A stretch of 64,000 bases of DNA from positions 2,108,001-2,172,000 of the forward strand of contig CM030334.1 in NCBI GenBank assembly GCA_017654855.1, in the 5' to 3' direction. The stretch comes from Podospora anserina. Lineage: Eukaryota. The notes beneath the pieces are model-generated. The model ran no database searches and was not told the DNA's origin. It saw only the letters and a list, made by a program, of their open reading frames with translations. Shown piece after piece: positions 10,857 to 23,800 of the stretch. How positions within the stretch are numbered: the stretch's first letter is position 1; every line of letters begins with the position of its first letter. Position numbers and translations under genes: made by a program.

Positions 10857-11779
10857 AGGGTGTAACCTTTTCTTACCCGTCCAACACTAATTTGACATGA
10901 CTCGATGTTCTGTACGACTAGTCAATACCTGGATCTGGGATTTCACTTTTTCTTTCTCATTGGCGGCATGGGAATCTCAAGCCTGGTGTTTGTTTCTGGA
11001 CGGGAGTTGGAAGGACGAAGCTACGACGGGAAAACGTTTTGTTTTTATGATGACTTAGCGAAGGTTGCTTTTTTACGATACTTCGCAACAGGCAGGGCGA
11101 AAGGGCGCCTCAGACTTTGGCTCCTACATCGAGGCTAGGGCTGCATCTATCGGGACTGGATTACTGGGTAGATGCAATTAGCGTCTGAGGTTTGAAGGGG
11201 TGTGTCTTTTTAGGTTGATGTGCTCAGTTACGAGCGTGCTGAAATCAGACAGCATGGGCGCAGGGAGGTCTCGGTTTAAATGGCCTCCCTGGTTTGCGGC
11301 GATATGCGTGGGGATTCCCAAAAAATAAAGAAGATATTCAGCCGTCGAGGCTGGTATTCTGGGCTTTTACTGTTTTTTCTGCTCTGCGTGATTGTGATTT
11401 CTCCCCTCATGAGTCTCTCAACTCTCGGAGTGTATGGTAGGGTCGATGCTTCAATAAGCGCGCCTCTCATATGGTGTTTCTCCCATTTTCTTATCACCAG
11501 TGTGGTCTACGAGCAGGGAAATTCTCTCAAATGACGTCTTCTACTCATGCCGCAGCACAACTAGAACTAACAGGAAGCATGACATTTGAGTCGACCGTGA
11601 TCGTTCTTACTTGGGCACCTGGGGGTATGCTCTCAAATTACGTATCTCAACTGCGGGAAGATCACCATATTCACACATGCTACTTCAAGCCAGAACCCAT
11701 AAACAGATATGTACACGCTTCAAACAAAGACTATCTACACCTGCTTAACACCCCCTCTCCTCCAGTCATTCTTCCCCCA

Positions 11780-12961
11780 CTAATGAACCATACTCTTCCC
11801 AATCTCACTCCTCCACCCCTTTGCCCTCTCGAACCCGTTGGTGTGGCTCTGGTAGTCGACAAACGCCTGGTAGACCTCCTCCTGGCTGTTGAGCACAAAA
11901 GGACCATACTGCACAACAGGCTGATCCATCATCTGCCCGGCAACCAGGACGAACCTCCCCGGTTTTGTCTCGGTCTCCTCCACCCGTGCAACAACCCCAT
12001 CCTCTTCTTTTCCGTTGCCAAAAACGACGTTGTGCCACTGTGAGACTTTCTTCTCTTCTTGCTGCCCGTCACTGAAAGTGACGTCTGCCCCCTCGAGAAT
12101 ATAAGCGAACCCTTGCCACCCCTGGGGAACCTCCTGCTCGATCTTCCCCCCCGGTTGGACCTCCACGTCATAGAACACCACGGGTGTGTACGCTAGATCT
12201 TTGAGGGACTCGACACCGTACGACTTGCCGGAAATAACCTTGATCTTGACTTTGCCGTCTTCGGTGATGACGGTGGGTATCTCCTCCGCTTTGAGATCCC
12301 GATACCGTGGCTCACAGTATTTTAGTTCCTTGGGGAGGTCAACCCAGAGCTGCAAGCCGATGTTGGGGGAACCGTCGGGGTTTTGGCGGGGCATCTCGGC
12401 GTGCATGATGCCTTTGCCGGCGGTCATGAACTGGAGGTCGCCCGGGTTGAGGGTGCCGCGGTTGCCGGCGAAGTCTTCGTGGTCCATGCCGCCGGTGAGG
12501 AGGTAGGTTATTGTTTCTTGGCCGCGGTGGGGGTGGTCTGGGAAGCCGGCGCCGGGGGAGACGGAGAAGTGGTCGAGCATGAGGAAGGGGTTGAGGGAGC
12601 GGAGGGAGGGGGTGCCGATGGAGCGGCGGACTGTGGCGCCTGCGCCTTCGGACTGCTGCTTTGCGAGGAGGGTTTTGAGGATGCGGCGGGGGAGGGTGAT
12701 GCGGGACATTGTTGCTAGCTGGGCTGGTGTGATGACGGTGGTGGTGGCGGTGGGTGGTGGTGAGGATATGTCTGATGAGGGGGTGGCAGAGGTGAGGTTC
12801 AAGTAGTTCTTGATGTTTTCTCTGAGGATGTCCAACGAGGCAGGGATGTCAATGTTTTTGATGTGCTCAAGCTCAAAGGCTGGGTTGGTGGTATAAAAGT
12901 AAGCAAAAAGCACACTGACGAGCACAACCGTGAGTGAAGATATCCAAGAAAAAGTCTTCAT
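11780..12961 (-). CDS. Pirin-family cupin (quercetinase-like) with N-terminal hydrophobic extension
   Basis: EGAGATVRRSIG, PFLMLDHF, GFPDHPHRGQETITY, MTAGKGIMHAEMP, GLQLWVDLP and QPVVQYGPFV motifs. A second in-frame ATG lies at 12709. Confidence 0.95.
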   Translation of the reverse strand: MKTFSWISSLTVVLVSVLFAYFYTTNPAFELEHIKNIDIPASLDILRENIKNYLNLTSATPSSDISSPPPTATTTVITPAQLATMSRITLPRRILKTLLAKQQSEGAGATVRRSIGTPSLRSLNPFLMLDHFSVSPGAGFPDHPHRGQETITYLLTGGMDHEDFAGNRGTLNPGDLQFMTAGKGIMHAEMPRQNPDGSPNIGLQLWVDLPKELKYCEPRYRDLKAEEIPTVITEDGKVKIKVISGKSYGVESLKDLAYTPVVFYDVEVQPGGKIEQEVPQGWQGFAYILEGADVTFSDGQQEEKKVSQWHNVVFGNGKEEDGVVARVEETETKPGRFVLVAGQMMDQPVVQYGPFVLNSQEEVYQAFVDYQSHTNGFERAKGWRSEIGKSMVH

Positions 12962-13838
12962 CTGAAATTATCTCAAGGTCACAGCTTCTTATAGATCTGT
13001 GAGCGGATGGTGAAAATCACTGGGATCACAAGAAAAAAGACAAAGTGGACTAATGATTTATAAATGATGAACAACCCGCTATCTCAAGAACTCTCTTGAA
13101 TCTTCCCCCCCCCCCGGCTCCCCCCATCCCCCTTCCCTCATCATCGTTGCTGTCAGATCGATGAAGCTGCCGGAAAAGAGCTGGTGGCGGGGTCAGTTTA
13201 GCCCAAAGGGGCTTAGCGCACCGCTGACAGCACGTTAGTAATCAGTTGAAAAGCGACGGAGGGCGAAAAGAGTGGTGACGAGCTCACGATGAGCTAAGCT
13301 CTGAATAAGACATAAAACTCATGAGCCTATCACCGCCCGAGATAATTAGAACTTTGCTGAGGAAGAATACATTATTGTTTGTAGTTGACGGTCCAGCCAG
13401 CCGTGTTCTTAGTCGACCAATATGTAAGCAGACTGACATTGAGGACTTCACCAACAAGCGAGTGTCCCTAGGCTGCGCTTATGTCCTTCCCAGTGAGCAT
13501 TCGTCACAATAGAGGCAAGCTCATTTGTTTTAAATTTACTTGATTGTTGTTGTCTCTCTAAACTTTCCAAGTCTATGGCCATATATATACTATTATTACA
13601 CAAAAGAAACATTCTCTTCTTTTAATCGGGGCCTACCCCCAAACCCCAAAAACGCATACCCGAGCAAGGCAAAAAATAACAAACGCTCCTACCCCAATTT
13701 TACCCTCCATATCTGTCCCATCCCGTCGACACGTTTGTTGTTCCTTGTCCTTCGGTCCTGTTCTTGTTGTTGTTGTTGTCCCTTGTGTTCATATATGTGC
13801 CCTCGACTCCTCATCAACACCCTTCCTTCGGTGATGCC

Positions 13839-14996
13839 TTATTTCAGAATCGTATCCGTGCTCCCGGCTTCCAGACCACCCTTCTGCACGCTGTGTAATT
13901 GGTAATCCCCCTTCAAACCGTTTGCCTCGTCAAAAGTCTTGTTTCCACCCTTTGACCCCGTAGCAGTGGTGCCACCCCATGAGCTGCCGTACGGCGTCGA
14001 CTTCTTTTGCGAGCTGTTCCAGCCCATTCTGGGCAGGTAGGCCGTGACGAGCTTCTTGAGTCTCATGGCGCAGCCGCAGACAATGCCGATGTTGACCTCC
14101 ACGATGGACCAGATGCCGAGAATGCCTTCTTCCCAGGAGAGATCATCTGATGACCCGAGGGAGATGGAATAGGGCAGGCGCGCAATGGAGCAGATGACGA
14201 CACTGTGGGGAACAACGATCAGTTTGATGCGGAGGTAATGAGGCAGTGAGAGGAGCAAAAACATACGCAGAGCCCAGAGCCAAAATACCTCCTACAGATA
14301 ACTTCTGCTTGAAGCTCAGCTGCAAGCTGATAATAGTGGGAATGGGAAGCAAGATGACGGCAATGTCAGACGCAATGTTCAACACTGACTGCGAAATGGC
14401 AACGTTCATCAAGCACTTGATCGTCTCGTCACCCTTGAGCGGCGTGCAGGGCCCTCCGGTCAGGTAGGTCAGCACTAAAGTGTAGGCAAAAATGCATACT
14501 CCAATAACCACAACGCAGATACGGTATGTGGCCGAAGGATTGATCTTGAACAAGACAGTCAACATGGCTATCTTGGTCACAGCCGGTGTGATGAGATAGA
14601 TAAGCGTGTTGGGGAGCAGCTTGTTGTTGAACTCGAGTAGGTTCATCCAGTTGGACGCAAAGATCTCCGTCATGTGTCGCGCCCACCCATAGTCCATCAG
14701 CTTAACCATGGTGATGAAGTAGGCTAGTGCAAGGCCATAACATAGTGTCAAGATGACTGTGCAGAAAAAAAACCAGGTCAGTGATGAACGCAAGACGACA
14801 ACCAGAGCAACCTACTCAAATCGATCTCGACGTTCTTTACTATCTTGATGGCCTGGAAATATCGGCAAGCCAGGAAGAATGTCGCCATGAAGTATGTTAT
14901 CCCAAAGGCGACCATTGTGCCGATTTGAAGGTCATTGTACGGGGCGCCCAACTGCCCAATATCCTGGGTCGGTTCTGGGAGGAGACTGGGATCCAT
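13839..14996 (-). CDS. Pth11-like (fungal rhodopsin-domain) integral membrane protein, no CFEM
   Basis: Three exons from ORFs 14778-14996, 14143-14793 and 13839-14264, with introns near 14760-14815 and 14203-14266. Motifs GWARHM, TKIAML, NIASDIAVILLPIP, KQKL and WSIVEVNIGIVCGC. Confidence 0.9.
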
Positions 14997-16186
14997 CTTT
15001 TCTGTGTCGTCTGCCTTTTCCTCTCTGTCACTATCTCGATATCAAATCGTGTCGTCAAGACTCGGTGCCGTCAGAATTCGATGGTGTTTTGGCCGTATAA
15101 TAACCGTCATAAACATAGTCCACAAGGATCAACTCCAGATTCCAGTCCCAAGATGGGCATGAGCCCAGTTTTGTTGCCAATCTAGCTCGGACAAGGCCAT
15201 CGTCACCTGGGTGGCACGAGGGCGACAAGGACCCTTGCTGAGAAGAGTTTTAGAAAAAGCAAATTCGGTTGTGCCTTCCGTCGCTTCTTGATTCCTCGGT
15301 AGTGTAGCTCCAGGATCATGGTCTTGAAGTGCTATTGCTGGTTGAACAAAAGGTGATTTGGCATGCAGGAAGTGGGTTGATAGTTCCGCGCTACTGGAAA
15401 GAAGCAGAGGTTTGAAACGAATCGCAATTGGCGATTTCCCTGAGTTTCCCTCATATCCCACTCCCAATCCCACGGTTTGGCACCGAGGAACGTCTGAGAG
15501 TGGGACCCAAGTACGGGACCCATAATCCGTGCGACGGGCGACGGCGCCGTCACGTTAGTTTCGGCTCGGCAGGCATGCGGTAGGGACCGGGGCCAGGCGG
15601 CCGGGTTCCCCGTGTTGCCATTTTGCTGGCAGTGGTTGGCAGGAAACGATGAATTGCCAGAGATCATCAGCCGGGGAAAAGGGGCAACCGTGCCAGGAAT
15701 CCAGGAAAGCAACGAAAACACCCCTTTTCCCACGCCGTAGCGTGATGTTGGCTGCAGCAAATCCGTAGCGGCTACCGAAAACGGTTAACGGCATCAGCAG
15801 AAGCAAAATCACATCTGCAGAGCCCTTGTCTGGGGGACGAGATGCCAGGCACCCCCAAACTCCAAGGGGGCTATCGTTCCCATAAGCGAGGCCACACGAT
15901 GGACCGCAGGGCAATGATTCCGTGGACCGAGGGCCCCGAGAGGCCGAAATTGTGGTTTCGTCGTGGCCAAACACGATGATTTACTCGCACGATTCCCCCG
16001 TGTCGTTGCGTTGCAAGAGAAGCTGATAAAAAGAAACAAAGACGTTGACGAGATTGAAGGCTGCGACTCTGTGTTTTCTTTCTGTGGCGATATCCTCTGC
16101 CTATTCCCCCTATTTCTCTGACGATTTCGATTCTGGCCCGCTCTCAGCAACGGCAGTCGCTCATTTCTTTCGATCCGCTGACAAAG

Positions 16187-17677
16187 ATGAACAAACTATT
16201 CGGTAGCGGGAAGCCACCCGTCCCAACGGTCGATACCGACCGGGTGGTGCCGCTCCATTTCTTCGAGAGCGGCCCGCTGGTGCAGGGCAACAACATGGCC
16301 GTATCTATTGTGTTCGACGATGTGTTGGAGCCAGAAAAGTTGAAGCAAGCCCTCGAGGGTCTTGTGAAGAGGGAAGGCTGGCAGAGACTTGGAGGACGTC
16401 TCCGGAAGAACCCAACAACCGGAGCGATCGAGTGGCATATCCCTACTGTCTTCTCAGCTGACCGTCCCATCATCAACTACGCCCATGTCGATCACGGAGT
16501 CCCCGCCGCCCAGCACCCAGCTGCCTCGCGAATCCCGCAACCGTCCACTAGGCCGGCGGTTGTCGCGGACCCTGACGACCTCGCTGATTTGGCTTTCGAG
16601 CCTGGTCACAGGCCCGGCGGCATCAGCGATTATCTCACTTCTGACATGCCCGTCCTAGGTCTGCGTGTCAACTCTTTCACCGACAAAACCATTGCCGTTC
16701 TCCAATGGCAGCATGTTGCCTTCGATGCGTTGGGTATGCAATATGTCGTCGAGGGCTGGAGCAACATGCTCTGGGGCAAGGAGCACGAGATTCCCACGCC
16801 CTGCGGTTTGGACAGCGACCCGTTCGAGGCTTTGGCTAAAGGAACCCGAAAGCCAACAGAGCCCCATCTGTTGATGGACAAGAAGGTTGGAATTGGCGGT
16901 ATGCTCAAATGGGGTCTCGGATATGGCTTCGATATGTTGGCACGGGCCAAGGAAAACCGCATGGTGTGCATTCCGCAATCGTACTGGAAGACGCAGATGG
17001 AGAAAGCAATCGAGGAGCTCCGGGCTGAAGCAACCGAAAAGGGCGAGGACCCATCCAAGGTCTTCCTGACTGAAGGCGACATCCTCACTGCCTGGACGAT
17101 GAAGTCAGTTGTCGGGCCCCAGGACATGGACCCCAACAGGACAGTGGCTGGATCCATTGCCATGTCGCTCCGTAAGGCATTCGAAGGTGACCTGATCCCT
17201 GAGGCATCCAAGAGTCCCTATGTCGGCAATGCTTTCGGTTGGGGCAACGTTCTCGTCACTGCTGGTGATGTCAACACCAAGCCCCTCAGTTGGCTCGCAA
17301 GACAAGTACGGCGGGCCATCAACGAACAAGGCACCCGGGCTCAGCACGAGGCCTACTACGCCATGGTGCGTGAAGGGCCTGGTCTCCCAATTGTCATCTT
17401 TGGCGACGGCGGCATGGCCCAGATTGGCTTCTCCAACTGGTCCAAGGCGGGCTTGTTCAACCTCGACTTTGCTCCTGCTCGCAAGGTGCAGAAGCCAGGT
17501 GTACCATGCCGGCCTTCATACGTTCAGGAGAACCACGGTCCCATCAAGCCTGTCGATGGTTTCTTTGTGTTTGGGAAGGATGAGAAGGGTAACTACTGGA
17601 CGTCAGCGTACAAGGTTAAGGGCCAGTGGGACAAGCTGGATGAGTACCTTGTCAAGGAGCATGAGAAGGGCGCCTGA
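16187..17677 (+). CDS. CoA-dependent acyltransferase (BAHD/CAT-like fold)
   Basis: Intronless 496 aa ORF with WQRLGGRLR, catalytic-type HxxxD (QHVAFDALG), YVGNA and FSNWSKAGLFNLDF (DFGWG-equivalent region). Confidence 0.85.
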   Translation: MNKLFGSGKPPVPTVDTDRVVPLHFFESGPLVQGNNMAVSIVFDDVLEPEKLKQALEGLVKREGWQRLGGRLRKNPTTGAIEWHIPTVFSADRPIINYAHVDHGVPAAQHPAASRIPQPSTRPAVVADPDDLADLAFEPGHRPGGISDYLTSDMPVLGLRVNSFTDKTIAVLQWQHVAFDALGMQYVVEGWSNMLWGKEHEIPTPCGLDSDPFEALAKGTRKPTEPHLLMDKKVGIGGMLKWGLGYGFDMLARAKENRMVCIPQSYWKTQMEKAIEELRAEATEKGEDPSKVFLTEGDILTAWTMKSVVGPQDMDPNRTVAGSIAMSLRKAFEGDLIPEASKSPYVGNAFGWGNVLVTAGDVNTKPLSWLARQVRRAINEQGTRAQHEAYYAMVREGPGLPIVIFGDGGMAQIGFSNWSKAGLFNLDFAPARKVQKPGVPCRPSYVQENHGPIKPVDGFFVFGKDEKGNYWTSAYKVKGQWDKLDEYLVKEHEKGA

Positions 17678-19423
17678 GCGCAGGAGAGGACGGCTGCATG
17701 ATGATGGAATGGAATGGAATGGAATGGAGGGAGGCTCTTTGTCGTTCTGTTTGGAAGCAAAGATAATAATACCCGGGTGTTTTTGTTGGTGTACGGAGCA
17801 AGCCTATTAGTAAAGTCGTGACTGCCTCATGTGTAAAACTCCACCCATGTGTGGGTGCAAAGCGCATCGTGATAATTACACACAGACAGCTACAATGCGC
17901 CAAGGCCGACTGATCTCACAACACGACTCGTTACCATCACTTGGTCGTGATTTGATATGGATCTGTAAAGTCCACATGTCGGCGCTAGGTGATGTGCTTG
18001 ATGTCTCCAACGTAGTCTGCTGTGTTTTGGCAGCAGAGTAAGCTGTGAATTTGACCACGGTGCCTCCCATCTCAAAAGTAATGAAACGTAAAGGTTGTAT
18101 CGATTTAGCCATAAGACCGTAGCCTCATTCAACGGGGCTGGAAACGGTACTGCCTTTGACTTTCACCTGGTATACCTGGCGTACAGTTCCTCGCATTGAT
18201 GTCAACACTCAATACATCGGCTGGAGGGCATTCCCAACTGGTACTTCATACTCTAACAAACCATAAACTTCATCCAAAATACCTCAAGAGTCCCCCTGGA
18301 TACCCAAACCTACTTTCCGACCCCTTCCTATCCATATCAGACAACCACATTATAACCCCCAACCTCACAAACCTAAGACCCACCCCCAACCATCTCCAAA
18401 AAACCGAGCTCATTAAGCTAGATTCTGAATTCGAACCCATCGACTCACAAGAATGTATCCCAACCCCCAGAGAATTTTCAACCCAAGAACGCCAGGCACA
18501 GTAGGCAATCCTGACCGTCGCAACAGCCAATTGCACCGCCGGGATGAAAACCTGCCAATCATCAGGATGTCAGTCGGCACAGAAGGGGGGGTATATATAC
18601 CCTTCGTACCATCACTAGGAAAGCCATCAAGCAAGGAGCAAGTCCTGACTGTTGGTCAGCACGGCTAAATGCTGACTGCATCGTACACAGCGGAATTTGC
18701 CTGAAGCAACTATGTCTTACTGTCGTCGGTTTTCAGCAACTGTCGAGGCACCGCAATGGGTTGTCCACCTCGTTGAAATATTGGTCATAAGTAGTTACTA
18801 CCCCTTCGTCAAAGATAGTAGTGCCCATCATGAACAGATCATCACCGCACAACCTCAGCCACCGACTCCTATCAATGCAGAGCCTTTATTTGTCATCTGC
18901 TTCCATCCTGGAAGTACCTTGGTTCACCAACTAGACACCCATCATACTCTCTCACGAAATAACACCTACGGACAACTTCGCACTTTAGACACTCAACATC
19001 ACCTACGACCTTTTGCTAAGTGTAGAAACTCCATTCTAGAGCATGGTGTGAGAGGCCGTAATCCAATAATTTACATCAAACCACGCCGTGTTCTTGCCAC
19101 CCTCTTCAAAATCTAGATGTAAGCCTGTCTTTTGTTATATCATCATGTCCATCAAACACCAACCAATAATCAAGAATATTCTCTTCTCGACCTGCAGTCT
19201 CAAGCGTAGAGTCCCCTGTCGGTTTCCATTGTCTTGCCGTCAAGTAGTTTGTAGGGCACCTAACAAGTGGAAGACGAGAATGCCCTTTATGGATTCCACG
19301 CCAGCACTCTCTTGAACAACAAAGCACACAATCAATGCAGCCAGCCACTGTCACATATGTGCCTGTTAACGTCTTTCTAAATGTCATCTTCTCACCCAAC
19401 ATCACAGCAATTCCACATCCCGA

Positions 19424-20899
19424 TCAATCCTCATCACTCCCGTAATCAACCAAACACCCCCCACCCGGCAACTTCACCGTCTTCCTCTCCTTCTCCTTCT
19501 CCTCCTCCCACCTCTCCTGATCCATCGCCATCGCCCTCGCCACATCATCCATATTCACCATCCCCCCCGTCCCCAAATCTACCTTCAAAACCCCATTCTC
19601 ATCCTTATCAATCCTGATCCCTTGCCCCCTATCCTCCATCTCCACACCCTCATCCTCATCAATCTGCCCCTCCTCGTCCGAGCTACTTTCTTCCTTCTCA
19701 ACACCCCTCGTATCCTGCCCCTTCTCAAACTTAACCCTCTTCCCACCCCTCCCGCCGCCTCGACCACCCCTCCCTCTAGGACCCTTCTCAAGCGTTCTTT
19801 TCTTTTCGTTCACAGGCTTGGGTGCCGGCGGTGGCGGTGGGGGACGGGGCGTCCAGTCCCCTATTTCGTGTAACGGTGGGAGGGGGCAGCCGGGTTGAAT
19901 GGCGACAATGGTAGGGAATTCAACTACTGTTCTTCCGGACAGCGCATCTTTCAAATTGCTGTCCGGGGAGAGCGGGATCAAAGTCCTGCTGTTGGGCGCC
20001 TCTTTCGTGGCTTTCTTTAGGTAAAAGCTGTATTTATGGTATTGTTCTTCTGGTGTCGACTCAACAGAGGGTGCCGACGAGAACGAAAACCAGGTTGAGT
20101 CCAGCGGGTTCTGGAAGCAGTATGGTGCTGATGACCACGCTGGTGTAGACTGGCCTTGAATCGTAACGGGGATGTATTCCGCCTTCGGCTTCTTCAACGG
20201 GTTCCTCTCATCATATTCCGGATCTGCCTCGCGCACAAGACGATCCAGCTGCCCGTTATGCCAAATGACGGTATTGGTCAACGCCGAATAAAGCGGTATA
20301 TTCTCCAGCGCCTTATACAGCACCTTCAATGGCTTCTGCTGCGACGAAGAATCATAAATCAACCACTCGACCTGGAAGTTTATCGCATTGGTCCTCTTAT
20401 TCCACGACGTTTTATTCTCCCGCTGCCGGCTCATCCCCTTGGGCATGTACACCACCTCAATGTCGAGGTTTCTCAGCCGACGGCGCAGCTGGGCCACGAT
20501 GGCATTGTGCTGGGTATTGTTCTCTACAGGCTCAAAGCTTAACCTGTCACCGTCCCATACTTTGCGAAAAAGCTTTTGTTCTTCTGCTGGGGTTGGTGGG
20601 TGTAGTTCTTTGGCGTCCATCAGCCGGCGGACCTCGACGATGTCTTGCTCGGCACGCAGACGTTCGCGCTCGATGGATGAGAGGAAGTTGAAGTCGTGAT
20701 CAATACCCCTAGGGGTGCGCAGTTCGTGAATTGGCATGTATTCTCGTGGATTGCGGACGCCATCGCAGCTGGCGCGAGTCTTGTGTTTCTTGCTGCAGGC
20801 GAGAGAGCAGGTCTGGGCTTTGCATCGCGGGCAGGTATATTTCGGGGGTTCGGCGTGGCAGATGGTGCACAGGTCGGTGAGCAATGAGGAGTCGGCCAT
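19424..20899 (-). CDS. BCD1: Box C/D snoRNP assembly factor Bcd1 (zf-HIT)
   Basis: N-terminal HIT zinc finger CTIC...KYTCPRC...CSLACSKKHK, plus DFNFLSSIER, MPKGMSRQRENKT and LSGRTVVEFPTI. Confidence 0.92.
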   Translation of the reverse strand: MADSSLLTDLCTICHAEPPKYTCPRCKAQTCSLACSKKHKTRASCDGVRNPREYMPIHELRTPRGIDHDFNFLSSIERERLRAEQDIVEVRRLMDAKELHPPTPAEEQKLFRKVWDGDRLSFEPVENNTQHNAIVAQLRRRLRNLDIEVVYMPKGMSRQRENKTSWNKRTNAINFQVEWLIYDSSSQQKPLKVLYKALENIPLYSALTNTVIWHNGQLDRLVREADPEYDERNPLKKPKAEYIPVTIQGQSTPAWSSAPYCFQNPLDSTWFSFSSAPSVESTPEEQYHKYSFYLKKATKEAPNSRTLIPLSPDSNLKDALSGRTVVEFPTIVAIQPGCPLPPLHEIGDWTPRPPPPPPAPKPVNEKKRTLEKGPRGRGGRGGGRGGKRVKFEKGQDTRGVEKEESSSDEEGQIDEDEGVEMEDRGQGIRIDKDENGVLKVDLGTGGMVNMDDVARAMAMDQERWEEEKEKERKTVKLPGGGCLVDYGSDED

Positions 20900-23800
20900 T
20901 GTAACGGCCTATAGCATGTGGTACGCGATATGGTGTATACAGAATGTTTGGAGCTGGAAAGCTTGATGATGAAAGAGTTGAATCGGTGCTTGACGTTTCT
21001 GGGATCGCGTTGCGCCGATAAGCCTTATCGCAATTTTCAGTGGGGACCACTAGCCGGCAGGCAACGATAAGATAGGAGCATGGAACAACCCAGCCAGCCA
21101 ATCTCTTATTACACTAGCTCCCGCCTCCATTCCACAGCAATTGATTGATTGACTTTGGATCTTGAATTGACGTTGGGCTTCGATTGGCGAAACTCCGATA
21201 GAGATAGTCTGTATGTGTGAGTCTCACTTCTCATCACCAACTGCCACTTGTCAAACTTCAGAAAACGGCCGCTCTTTTTATTTTCTTTCACAAAGCTCTC
21301 AACCTTGACCCCACGTGGACGCGGTGGATCGCAACGGTGCTTGGACCTTTCACCAGCCAAGCCTCTTCACGGCGCCGGCATAAGTGGCCGTTTCACACCA
21401 AATTTGACGCTATCAATAGCTGGCACTTTTATAGAGAAGATCAACTGAAGTTGAATGACAGAAAATCATCACCGTCACTCCAACTCCCGGATTCTTCGGC
21501 ATACCAAAAAGGTCAACTCGCGATGGCCTCATGCTGCTGCTGACCAAGCAGGTTCATCGCGTAAACCAATGCAACGTCTCAAACAGGCTTAGCCAGGGGT
21601 ATCCTTCCCAATTCGGACCCTCACATCTGCAGTCCCCCGCACTGCGGACAGGGACACGAAAACACCACCAGCCAGGCAGGCCTGGAAGTCCTGGCCTGTC
21701 ATCGGAATGGGGTCATGTTGCTTTTTCTCGCCTTTTCTTCTCTGATGAAAATTCTTTGATTCTTCACCGCTCAATACTCCAAAAAAGGGAGAGATGCTGA
21801 CGACGTGATCAGGGACCGACAAACGAGGGACGTTGCGACTGTTTGTGATACCGTTGCGGCCCATATCAAATTCCCCGCCCCTCCTCCTCAAACAAGGGCA
21901 GCCAAGCACTTGTTCATGCGTGGGGTTTTGCGGTAGCACAGCTTGTCGGCACCGTTTGTCTCGTTTTCTCCCTTCCCGCGGGGCGCGGAGGTGGCGGGAG
22001 GGAGGGCATGGCACTTCCCGACGTCGAGTTTCCTCGCTCTGTACTCGAAACCGGGTCCTGTGTTCCAATAGCAGAGGTGTATTATGACATGGGATATGGG
22101 CGATGGATATGAAAATGTGACGACTGCTGCTTTTGGGTCTGCCGTGTCTGCCCCTCACCTAGGCTTGTCCTAGGTAAGATATATATCATGGCCTACTAAG
22201 AGGCCACCAAGACAATAAAAGCTGCGAGCTGCCGTGGGGTTGCTGTATTTTTTTCTTCTAAAAAAGTAGCCATGGTGATTGCTTCTTCGTGTTGGCTTGA
22301 TTGCGACGGTGATTGACTCGAGGAAACATTGCACCAATCCGGCGCATTTCCATGTTGATGTGCCTCCGCATGATTCCTGTGGCTTGTTATCCATCAGCGA
22401 TGCAACTGTGGCATCTGCACTGCAGACTGCGTTATGTTTCGTGGATCAAAGGGCAGTTCTCCTGTGCGTCTGCCGTCTTGCATAGGGTGGCTTGTCTCAC
22501 GATTTGGCGGGCTTTTCGACCTATCATCCAAGTCAGTGATCAGATAGGATTCAGAGGAGGAGGAATCCCTTTCCAAAAGAAAGGACTGTATTTTCTCGCC
22601 CTCTGCCGGCAGCGGGATCCGTCTGGCCGTTGAAAACGCCTGGACCAGTTGTTTCCCCGCTTGCTGCAAACGCTCGGAGCATCGTGCGTCTTGCGTCTTT
22701 TCGATCAGGGGTCAAAGCGTGCCCCCAGAACACAAACACATAGTCCAAAAGGTTGCATCCGCTGCCAGGTTCAGAAGCACTTTTCGTGAACTTGCAGCAG
22801 GATGCGGCGCTGTTTGTTGCTGCTTTTTGACACCGCGGGGGGAGGTCGACTCGAAACGGAAACACAACGAAGCAATACGGGCACTTTCCAGGCTACACCG
22901 AAGCACACCACCCGGCTCACCGCACCAAACAGCAGCCTGTTCTGTTCGATGCTGCTGCCGGTCCACGGGGAGCGCTGATCTCTTCGGCTTCCATCACCTC
23001 AAACACGCGGCGTCCCCGGTATCAGTGCGCCGTGTGTGTCCGTTTGCCCGTTTGCTCAGACCGCTCATGTCAGTCATTGACAGCCTGGGCCATTACGGAC
23101 GTACCCATGATGATGAATTCTGATCTCCAGCTAAACTGGACTCGTCGCCAGCTTGCCATCAGTGCCATCTCTTTCGTCACCACGGCCAACCCATGGGACC
23201 CAGCTGGCTGGCTCTCACTTGGCCAAAAGCCCGAGGTTTCTCTTTCCTTCCTAGAAAGCGTGGCGTTGTGTAATGGTAAGACCACCCGTGGGTTAATTAC
23301 AACTGGGGAGAGCGACGATCGAATCCACTCATTTCACGAAAAAGGACTCATTGTCTTTTGCCTGTCGTGCTCGCGAATGAATGAATGGATGAATGAATGG
23401 ATGACTTTGATTCAAGATAACGAGGTAGAGAACGGATACTGCCGTAATGAAGCATTGAGCAATCGATTCGATTTGCGGCAGAATTCAGGAATCAAGGAGA
23501 GGGATGATTCTTCTTCTGCAGCAGTCAAGAAACTGTCACTGTCACGATGGAGCAGGGGCCACTCGGGATGGCAACGGAAGTCTTGGGAACTTATGCTATC
23601 CCATGCTTTTGCGGACCTTTTGGTAGCAATTGGCGGATCACGGCAAGTATTGGGTACAGACTTTCGAAATGAGCGCCTATCTTGATGGGCCCTGGACCCA
23701 GGCCCCTGCTGAAAAAACCCCTGGCCGCTTTGCCCCTAGCTGCACCTGCATCGTCCACCTTATTTCCCAATTCCCCGTGGACGGTGACCACGCCTGCAGC

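Noticed and set aside
18196-19400. Short ORFs between the transferase and BCD1
   Set aside because: No domain or consistent exon structure could be recognised.
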